Assembly: GCA_035387925.1 (NCBI GenBank)
Contig: DAOOOV010000013.1
Span: forward strand, 182 to 64,181
Direction: 5' to 3'
Length of the DNA stretch: 64,000 bases
DNA from: Flavobacterium sp.
GTDB lineage: Bacteria; Bacteroidota; Bacteroidia; Flavobacteriales; Flavobacteriaceae
Position numbers and translations under genes: made by a program. This document shows positions 40,994 through 48,115 of this stretch, piece by piece. A model generated the notes under the pieces. It made no database searches. It worked only from the letters and a program-made list of their open reading frames with translations, and was not told where the DNA came from. Every line of letters begins with the position of its first letter. Within the stretch, counting starts at the first letter, position 1.

Positions 40994-42346
40994 TTAGTTT
41001 TGAGAGAAATTGAAAGATTGCAGGAGTTGCCCCGCGGCATTGAGCAATTCGTAATATTTGAGCGCCACGTTCGCTTTGGCATTGGCCTGGTTGACCTGCG
41101 CGCCGAGTTGGTCTACGTCGGCTTCGAGCAAATCGTTGGTATCGACCAGGCCGTTGTCGTATTTGTCCTTTACAATGCGGTAGTTTTCGCTCGCCTGTTC
41201 TACCGATTCGTTGTAAACTTTGTCTTGTTTGACCGATAGGTTGTATTCTTCCTGCGCCTTGACTATTTCTGTTTTGATGCGGTTAGAAAGGAGAGCAGCC
41301 TGTGTCTGGGCTTCGAGTGCTTTGCTTTTGGCGGCTTTGACCTCGTCTGCGTTCTTGAAGATCGAGCTCAGGTTGTACGAAAGTCCAACACCTACGTTCA
41401 TGGCGTTTTTCACGGTAATGACATTGTTGAGGTCGAGCGCAATATAACCACCGCTCAGGCCAAGAGATGGATAATAACCGGCTTTGGCTACCTTAATGTT
41501 GGCCTCGGCCGCTTGTCCCATTAAATGAACAGCCTCAAGATCCTTACGGCTTTGCAAGGCTTCGGATTCGTTTTTCACGACATTCTTGAACAAGTTGGCG
41601 TCGATGTTGGCCGGGCTTACTTCGATTAGGGTTTCGGCAGGCAATTTCAGTAAGGCAATTAACTTGTAGTTTATGATGCGTATATCTTTCTCGGCATCGT
41701 CTAATGACAGTTGTATTTTAGAAACCTGCAGTTGCGATTTGAGCAAATCGTTGCGCGCAATCAAACCGTTTTTTTCGAGGGCCGTAAAGTCGGTGACGCG
41801 CTGCTGGCTGCGTTTGAGGCTTTCGCGGAACAGTTCTACTGATTTTTGCGTTTTGTACAATTGGGCGTAGTATTCAATTACCTGTAAGGCAGTTTCTTCT
41901 TTGGTGTACGCGGCGCTTGCCGATTCGGCCTGGTATAATTTTTCGGAAGCCCTAATGCTGTTCTTGAGTTTGAAGCCCGAGAAAAGAGGTAGGCTCAGAT
42001 TGGCCTGACCGAGCATTAATTGGTCTACTTTGGCCGATTCTTTTTTGGCATTGGTCGTGGTGGTATTTTCACTGGAAGCATTCAACACGCTGCCTTGCTT
42101 GATGTCGGCGTTGGTGAGCCGCATGTATTGCCCTGAAATCTTAAGATCGGGATAGCGATTGTTTTTGACGCTTTGCAGTTCGTATTTTTTGGTGGTCTTT
42201 TTGGCATTGGCTAGGCCAACTTCATCGCTTTTCTCGAGCGCCATGGCAACGGCGTCGTGCAATGAGATCGAGGTTTTTTGTTGGGCTTCAACCTGCTGGA
42301 GCCCGAGACAAAAAATAGACACCAGCAAAAGAAATTTATTGTTCAT
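40994..42346 (-). CDS. TolC family outer-membrane efflux protein
   Basis: Signal peptide MNNKFLL, AGYYPSLGLSGGY, KYDNGLVDTNDLLEA; ATG at 42346. Confidence 0.92.
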   Translation of the reverse strand: MNNKFLLLVSIFCLGLQQVEAQQKTSISLHDAVAMALEKSDEVGLANAKKTTKKYELQSVKNNRYPDLKISGQYMRLTNADIKQGSVLNASSENTTTTNAKKESAKVDQLMLGQANLSLPLFSGFKLKNSIRASEKLYQAESASAAYTKEETALQVIEYYAQLYKTQKSVELFRESLKRSQQRVTDFTALEKNGLIARNDLLKSQLQVSKIQLSLDDAEKDIRIINYKLIALLKLPAETLIEVSPANIDANLFKNVVKNESEALQSRKDLEAVHLMGQAAEANIKVAKAGYYPSLGLSGGYIALDLNNVITVKNAMNVGVGLSYNLSSIFKNADEVKAAKSKALEAQTQAALLSNRIKTEIVKAQEEYNLSVKQDKVYNESVEQASENYRIVKDKYDNGLVDTNDLLEADVDQLGAQVNQANAKANVALKYYELLNAAGQLLQSFNFSQN

Positions 42347-42959
42347 AAGTAAGTAAGGCTTTGATGGTTTGCTGCAGGTGTTTGGTGAGGTCGTTTTTGA
42401 TGTAGTGGTCAAATTTGGCATCGGTGTCCAGGTTTAGGATTTCTTCGTACAGCGGACGGTTCATCTGGAATTGAAAGAATGCTCCTAAAACCGTAGGCAT
42501 TATCAAAGGAACCTGAATGTTTTTAGAGAACACCCCTTTTTCCTGGCCTTGCGCAATGATTTTAGAAAGCAGTTCGAGGTTGGTACGCTTGACTTGGGTA
42601 AAGGACTTGAAGTCGATGTTACGCTTTTTAGAAGACAATTCAAAATGCAGGATCTGGTAAATGCATTTGTTTTTGTTGACCTTGGCAATGTAAAGTGCAA
42701 TGAGCTTGTCTATTTTTTCTAGTGGTTCTATGGCTTCTTTGACCAAGTTATCGAGCTGCATTTTCATGTCGGCGGTACGGAAGAAAATCAGTGCTTCGAG
42801 CATTTTTTCTTTCGAACCGAAATAGTACGAAACCATGGCAATGTTGATTTGGGCTTCTTTTGAGATGTCTCTGATGGAAGTTCCGTCAAATCCTTTTTCG
42901 GCAAACAGCCGCTCGGCCACTTGCAAAATCTGGATTTGTTTGTCATTGAATTCTGTCAT
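42336..42959 (-). CDS. TetR/AcrR family transcriptional regulator
   Basis: ILQVAERLFAEKGFDGTSIRDISKEAQINIAMVSYYFGSKE helix-turn-helix. Confidence 0.95.
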   Translation of the reverse strand: MTEFNDKQIQILQVAERLFAEKGFDGTSIRDISKEAQINIAMVSYYFGSKEKMLEALIFFRTADMKMQLDNLVKEAIEPLEKIDKLIALYIAKVNKNKCIYQILHFELSSKKRNIDFKSFTQVKRTNLELLSKIIAQGQEKGVFSKNIQVPLIMPTVLGAFFQFQMNRPLYEEILNLDTDAKFDHYIKNDLTKHLQQTIKALLTYEQ

Positions 42960-42985
42960 GTGGATTTTGATTTTGAAATCGCAGA

Positions 42986-43021
42986 CAAAATTAAACGTTT
43001 GTTTTATTTAAACGTTTGTTT
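42986..43021 (-). promoter_or_regulatory. -7 element with tandem putative TetR operator
   Basis: TAATTTTG at 42986-42993 overlapped by two TTAAACGTTTGTTT copies (42991 and 43008). Confidence 0.6.
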
Positions 43022-43059
43022 AGTTTTGGTTTAACGTTTTTTTAACGGCTTATCGTTTA

Positions 43060-43106
43060 AAGCTTACGGGCTACAAGCTACAGGCTACAAGGTACAAGCT
43101 ATAAGC
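43060..43106. repeat. Heptamer tandem repeat (RRGCTAC, about six copies)
   Basis: gggctac aagctac aggctac aaggtac aagctat. Confidence 0.8.
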
Positions 43107-43107
43107 T

Positions 43108-43692
43108 TTAGGCGGTGAGCCAGTTTTTGAGGATTTGCTTTCCATAAGGCGTCAAGATGCTTTCGGGATGGAATTGCATGCTGCGCACATCAAGGGTTTT
43201 GTGGCGCAACGACATGATTTGCCCATCGTCATCGATTGAGGTAACTTCTAGTGAATCGGGTAGGGAATTGGGGTCAACGGCCCACGAATGGTAACGACCC
43301 ACCTCAAACGGCGATTCGATTTCGTGAAACAGGAATTCGTCATTCACGACCGTTTGGGCTTGTGTAGATATGCCGTGATAGACTTTGTCCAGGTTTACGA
43401 TGGCACCGCCAAAGACTTCGGCGATGGCCTGTTGGCCCAAACAAATACCCAGGATGCTTTTGGTTTTGGCGTAGGTGCGGATGACGTCTTTGAGCAATCC
43501 GGCTTCGTCGGGGATTCCCGGACCCGGTGAGAGCAGGATTTTGTTGAACGGTGCAATCTCGTTGAGGTCGAATTCGTCGTTTCGGTAAACGGTGACTTCG
43601 GCGCGTAGATCTTCCAGGTAGTGCACAAGGTTGTAGGTGAAGGAATCGTAGTTGTCGATGACCAGGACTTTAGGCTGTTGGTTGCTCATCAT
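43108..43692 (-). CDS. trpG: Anthranilate/aminodeoxychorismate synthase component II (class I glutamine amidotransferase)
   Basis: IDNYDSFTYNL, LSPGPG, GICLGQQAI, GRYHSW, QFHPES. Confidence 0.93.
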   Translation of the reverse strand: MMSNQQPKVLVIDNYDSFTYNLVHYLEDLRAEVTVYRNDEFDLNEIAPFNKILLSPGPGIPDEAGLLKDVIRTYAKTKSILGICLGQQAIAEVFGGAIVNLDKVYHGISTQAQTVVNDEFLFHEIESPFEVGRYHSWAVDPNSLPDSLEVTSIDDDGQIMSLRHKTLDVRSMQFHPESILTPYGKQILKNWLTA

Positions 43693-43853
43693 TCGTTGTT
43701 CAACATTTGTTGTTCATCATTCGTTGTTCAACATTCGTTGTTCAACATTTATTTTGCTGCGCTCCATAAAATCGGTTGCGCCTCGGGTCAATATTTATTT
43801 TTTTACGAAGTTAATCTTTTTTGAAGATTGAACAAAGAACCACGAATGTTGAA
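43689..43853. repeat. 14-mer tandem array (CATTCGTTGTTCAA, about four copies) with an inverted copy at 43828-43853
   Basis: Direct inspection; the array overlaps the trpG start codon. Confidence 0.8.
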
Positions 43854-43866
43854 TTTTGTAGGATGC

Positions 43867-43945
43867 CGCGAGAAGGATGGCAGCGGCTATCCTTTTGTTT
43901 TTTTCTTTAGAAAACAAAAGATAGTAGCGGACAGCCTGACCCGCA
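43867..43945 (-). repeat. Flavo-1-like structured intergenic repeat
   Basis: Reverse complement: TGCGGGTCAGGCTGTCCGCTACTATCTTTTG...CAAAAGGATAGCCGCTGCCATCCTTCTCGC. Confidence 0.75.
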
Positions 43946-43991
43946 GGGCTCGCCAAAAAGTAATCTAAAATTTAAAATTTACCATTTAAAA

Positions 43992-44549
43992 TTAATAGTA
44001 AAGCGTGACTTTCAAATCAAATTCATCATAAATGGTACGGTCGCCGAGGTCGTCAAAGAAGCTGCCAGAGCCATATTGGATACCATATTTGGTACGGTCT
44101 ACGGTGAATTCGGTCGTAGCGGTTTTGCCTTTGAACGACAAATCGAACTTAACCGGGTTGGTTTTGCCCTTGATGGTAAGGTCGGCGGTAATGGTGTACA
44201 GGTTTTGCTTTTTGAGTGCGATGGTTTTGAAGGTGAGTGTGGCGGTCTTGAACTCATCGGTGTTGAAGAAATCGGGGGATTTGAGGTGGCCTTCGAGCTT
44301 GGCTTTGTCTTTACCGGTGTTATCGGTGTTGGAGAGTGTGGTCATGTTGGCAGTGAATGTGCCGCCGGTAAGTTTCTTTTTGGTAAACGTGAGCGAGCCG
44401 TCCTTGAAGTTGATCGTGCCGCTGTGTTCGCCGGTGACCTTTTTGCCGGTCCAGGAAATCAGGCTTTTTTTGGTATCGATCTTTTTAATTTGTGCCGAGA
44501 GCGTACCGAAGCAAAGGAGCAGTAGCGGTACAAAGAGTATTTTTTTCAT
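43992..44549 (-). CDS. YceI family periplasmic lipid/polyisoprenoid-binding protein
   Basis: SWTGKKVTGEHSG, LEGHLKSPDFF, VDRTKYGIQYGSGSFF. Confidence 0.93.
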   Translation of the reverse strand: MKKILFVPLLLLCFGTLSAQIKKIDTKKSLISWTGKKVTGEHSGTINFKDGSLTFTKKKLTGGTFTANMTTLSNTDNTGKDKAKLEGHLKSPDFFNTDEFKTATLTFKTIALKKQNLYTITADLTIKGKTNPVKFDLSFKGKTATTEFTVDRTKYGIQYGSGSFFDDLGDRTIYDEFDLKVTLYY

Positions 44550-44630
44550 GGGCTGCGGTTTTTAACTGTTATTCAGGCTCTTAAAGTTACTAAATAAAAC
44601 CAACCTATGGTGGATTCGGGCTTTTTTTTT

Positions 44631-44670
44631 AAAAGCAAAACCCCGACAATTGCTTGCCGGGGTTTGCCTT
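44631..44670 (-). terminator. Terminator after the first yceI
   Basis: GCAAAACCCCG(A)CAA-ttgc-TTGCCGGGGTTTGC hairpin. Confidence 0.65.
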
Positions 44671-44692
44671 TCATAGCAATTTAACCCATAGA

Positions 44693-45262
44693 TTAGAACT
44701 GCAAAGTTGCGGTAATGTCGAAGTTGTCGTTGATGGCTTTGTCGCCAAGGTTGTCAAAGAAGCTTCCTGATCCGTATTTGATGTCGAATTTGGTACGGTC
44801 GATGCTTACTTTAGCAGTAGCGGTGTTTCCTTTTACCGTTACATCGAAAGTTACCGGATTGGTGGTTTCCTTGATAGTCAAATCGGCCGTTACGGTGTAA
44901 GTGCCATTGCCTTTGTCGGCGATTTTTTTGAAGACCAATTTAGAAGTTGGGAACTTTTCTGTCCCAAAGAAATCAGGTGATTTCAAGTGGCCTTCTAATT
45001 TTTCCTTGCCTTCGCCTGCTTTAAGGTCGGTTACGGTGATCGATGCCATGTCTACGGTGAAGGTTCCGCCGGTTAATTTTTTCCCGCTGAAAACCAGTGC
45101 ACCTTCTTTGAGGCTTACATTTCCTGAATGTTGTCCGGTTACTTTTTTACCTACCCATTCTAATTTGCTTTTGGCAACGTCTACTTTTTTTGTTTGCGCC
45201 GATACGGCTGCGGTTGAAAAAGCTACCAATAAGGCGATTGCGATTGTTTTTAAATTTTTCAT
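44693..45262 (-). CDS. YceI family protein (paralogue)
   Basis: EWVGKKVTGQHSG, LEGHLKSPDFF, IDRTKFDIKYGSGSFF. Confidence 0.93.
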   Translation of the reverse strand: MKNLKTIAIALLVAFSTAAVSAQTKKVDVAKSKLEWVGKKVTGQHSGNVSLKEGALVFSGKKLTGGTFTVDMASITVTDLKAGEGKEKLEGHLKSPDFFGTEKFPTSKLVFKKIADKGNGTYTVTADLTIKETTNPVTFDVTVKGNTATAKVSIDRTKFDIKYGSGSFFDNLGDKAINDNFDITATLQF

Positions 45263-45311
45263 TGTTGAAATTGAATTTGGTTACTACTGATTATTAAGGA
45301 TTAAATGATAC

Positions 45312-45767
45312 TTACTTCGTTCTGAATTTCTCGAGCAATTCATTGAGTTGCACCAGTTCTTGCGGGATGAGGTTGGCCGCGAATTTTTCTTCGTGTTCGA
45401 TGACTTTGGGATCGAGTGCCGTAAGGACGTCGAGTCCTTTTTGGGTAATGTGTACTTCGATTTTTCGGCGGTTCTCCGGGCAAACCTCGCGGGTCACAAA
45501 ATCTTTGAGCAATAATTTGTCTACCAAGCGCGTAGTATTGCTGGTTTTCGCCAGCATGCGTTCCTGAATTACAAACATATTGGCTGGCTGGCCTTTCTGT
45601 CCTCTTAGGATGCGCAGTACATTGTATTGCTCGCTAGACACATCATACGGTTTTAAAATTTCGCTAAAACTGTCGTTGATTACGTTCTGGGTGTAAATGA
45701 TATTGAGGACGGCTTTTTTGGCCTCGCTCATCTTTACATTCGATTTGATGATCTCTTCGATTTTCAT
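45312..45767 (-). CDS. MarR family winged-helix regulator
   Basis: EQYNVLRILRG, SNTTRLVDKL, CPENRRKIEVHITQKG; ATG at 45767. Confidence 0.93.
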   Translation of the reverse strand: MKIEEIIKSNVKMSEAKKAVLNIIYTQNVINDSFSEILKPYDVSSEQYNVLRILRGQKGQPANMFVIQERMLAKTSNTTRLVDKLLLKDFVTREVCPENRRKIEVHITQKGLDVLTALDPKVIEHEEKFAANLIPQELVQLNELLEKFRTK

Positions 45768-45784
45768 ATCTCCAAGTGTAAAAA

Positions 45785-45827
45785 TTGTAGGTACAAATGT
45801 ACAATGTTTTTTTATTTGTATATACAA
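45785..45827. promoter_or_regulatory. Putative MarR operator pair overlapping the marR -7 element
   Basis: TTGTAGGTACAA (45785) and TTGTATATACAA (45816); TACATTTG on the minus strand at 45794-45801. Confidence 0.6.
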
Positions 45828-45905
45828 GTGTTTATTAAATTTTTGTTAAACTACCCGCAACGGTTTTAAGATTGTTTAATTTTAGTGGGGCTTAAAATAA
45901 ACGAT

Positions 45906-46415
45906 ATGGTAAGAGTGATTGTGTGGCTTTTTTCGCTTTCGGTAGCTGTTTCGGCTAACGCGCAGCAACCCTTAAAAGTCTACGTAAAGAACGGCGTAAC
46001 GGTTAAATCTTATGATTTTAACGAATTAGCACCCTTACTCAACAAACAGAATGATACCACTTATGTCGTTAATTTTTGGGCCACCTGGTGCAAACCCTGT
46101 GTTGAAGAGTTGCCCCATTTTGAGAAGCTGCATGCGAATTTCAAGGATCAAAAAGTAAAAGTACTTTTGGTGAGCCTCGATTTACCCAAGCAAGTAGAAA
46201 GCAACCTGATTCCATACATTAGAAAGAAGCAATTGCAATCGTATGTGGTGCATCTAGGCGATCCTGACATGAACAGTTGGATCAATAAAGTGGATCCGCA
46301 ATGGTCGGGCGCGATTCCCGCGACGATCATCTATAATGGGCGTAAAAGGAAATTCTACGAGCAAAGCTTCTCGTATGAACAACTCCAAACCGAACTAGAA
46401 AAAATCAAAAATTAA
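45906..46415 (+). CDS. TlpA-like thiol:disulfide oxidoreductase
   Basis: VVNFWATWCKPCVEELP, WSGAIPAT; signal peptide. Confidence 0.9.
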   Translation: MVRVIVWLFSLSVAVSANAQQPLKVYVKNGVTVKSYDFNELAPLLNKQNDTTYVVNFWATWCKPCVEELPHFEKLHANFKDQKVKVLLVSLDLPKQVESNLIPYIRKKQLQSYVVHLGDPDMNSWINKVDPQWSGAIPATIIYNGRKRKFYEQSFSYEQLQTELEKIKN

Positions 46416-46432
46416 CCATTAATTACATTACT

Positions 46433-47044
46433 ATGAAAAGATTAAAAATGATTGCCGTAGCACTCGTGGTTGTTACCTTAAGTGCCTTTACGCCAAAAAC
46501 GGCGCCGACGGGTTACAAAATAGGCGACGTGGCTACCGATTTTAGCCTCAAAAACATTGACGGCAGGATGGTTTCGCTCAAAGATTACCCAAACGCTAAA
46601 GGATTTATCGTCGTTTTTACCTGCAACCATTGCCCATTTTCTAAGGCATATGAAGACCGAATTGTGGCGCTCGATAAGCAATACAGCGATTTGGGTTATC
46701 CAGTCATCGCCATCAACCCCAACAACCCGGCCAAACAACCCGAGGATTCGTTTGAGAACATGCGCCGCAGGGCTAAAGAAAAAGCGTTTACATTCCCGTA
46801 TCTGTTCGATGAAGGACAGAAAATTTACCCACAATACGGCGCCACCAAAACGCCACATGTGTATGTATTGCAAAAATCTGCCAAAGGCAACATCGTGAAA
46901 TACATCGGTGCGATAGATGACAACTACGACGATGTGTCTGCAGTAAAAGAAAAATATGTAGAAAATGCGGTGAATGCGCTGCTTGAAAACAAGGAAATTT
47001 CGGTAAAGGAAACCAAAGCCATCGGCTGTTCTATTAAAGCTTAA
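46433..47044 (+). CDS. Exported thioredoxin-like/AhpC-TSA redoxin
   Basis: VFTCNHCPF, YGATKTPH, C-terminal AIGCSIK. Confidence 0.88.
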   Translation: MKRLKMIAVALVVVTLSAFTPKTAPTGYKIGDVATDFSLKNIDGRMVSLKDYPNAKGFIVVFTCNHCPFSKAYEDRIVALDKQYSDLGYPVIAINPNNPAKQPEDSFENMRRRAKEKAFTFPYLFDEGQKIYPQYGATKTPHVYVLQKSAKGNIVKYIGAIDDNYDDVSAVKEKYVENAVNALLENKEISVKETKAIGCSIKA

Positions 47045-47047
47045 CTT

Positions 47048-47365
47048 ATGAATTTAGACCAAAATGATTGGCTCAGCCAACTAGAATCCGACCCAAATGC
47101 TGTCATTCTTGACGTGCGTACCCAAAGTGAATGGGAAGAAGGCATCATCCCCAACGCCATCCATATCGACATCTATAAAGGACAAGGTTTCATTTATGAA
47201 GTAGACGCGCTAGACAAGTCAAAGAATTATTACGTGTATTGCAAAGCCGGCGGACGAAGCGCCCAAGCCTGTAGTATCATGAACCAATTGGGATTTGAAA
47301 ATACCTACAATTTATTGGGCGGTATCATGGAGTGGGACGGCGAAGTGATCGCTCCCGAGTCCTGA
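47048..47365 (+). CDS. Rhodanese-like domain protein
   Basis: LDVRT..EW, YVYCKAGGRSAQAC, YNLLGGIMEW. Confidence 0.92.
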   Translation: MNLDQNDWLSQLESDPNAVILDVRTQSEWEEGIIPNAIHIDIYKGQGFIYEVDALDKSKNYYVYCKAGGRSAQACSIMNQLGFENTYNLLGGIMEWDGEVIAPES

Positions 47366-47809
47366 GCGGTCTAACGAATGTCCCCGTAATTTCCTACGGA
47401 TGGCGTAGTAAAAATACTTGAGTTGCTCTTTTCTCGATCTCCCGGCGCGAACAACGAGCGTCTTTTCACCGATAAGGCCAATCCTAACCTGATAACCATA
47501 AGACTTGTAAGAAATAGCCATGCCAAAGGCAACAGCAATCAACGCAAGCAATAGCAGCTTAAGCAGCAAATCGAGTTGCAGATCGTACACCAGCAACCAG
47601 GTAAAAACGAAGGCGGTGAGCAAGAACAGTAAGTTTAGCTCGAACCGCCTTTTTTTTATGAGGTTGATTTTCTTGATTTCGTCTATTTTGATTACACTAG
47701 AATCTTTACCATTGTGTACGACTACACGGCTATCGGACACAATCCCAATAGCGTTATTGAGGTGGTGTTTGTTGGTTTTGGTTGCGGTCATATTTGAAAT
47801 CTTTACCAT
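47312..47809 (-). CDS. Hypothetical membrane protein (two TM segments)
   Basis: 165 aa ORF with a hydrophobic hairpin; its 3' end overlaps the convergent rhodanese gene. Confidence 0.55.
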   Translation of the reverse strand: MVKISNMTATKTNKHHLNNAIGIVSDSRVVVHNGKDSSVIKIDEIKKINLIKKRRFELNLLFLLTAFVFTWLLVYDLQLDLLLKLLLLALIAVAFGMAISYKSYGYQVRIGLIGEKTLVVRAGRSRKEQLKYFYYAIRRKLRGHSLDRSGLGSDHFAVPLHDTAQ

Positions 47810-48115
47810 TTCAAATACGAGTTTGCGGATACTTTGGATTTAGCTATGGTCGATTTATTTTTTAGTAAAATCGAGGCCCAAAAATCCCCCCGAATTATTT
47901 GACCTGGCAGCAATGCTACCGGGAAAAACGCTTGTCGAAGAAAATGAGGCCGACATCACTCTGGCCGAAACGACCTGCAACAATATTATTTTTGACGCCA
48001 TCCAAGCCGACGCAGCCTAAACGCAACTGTGTTTGTTGATTGAATCCCGCAACCTCTAAAGTACTTTTTTTTAGCTCAAACTGCGACCCGATATTGCCGG
48101 GAAAGGAAGTCTGAT

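Noticed and set aside
43992-45262. Tandem yceI paralogues as a recent duplication
   Set aside because: The copies are clearly diverged, and multiple YceI genes are ordinary in Flavobacteria.
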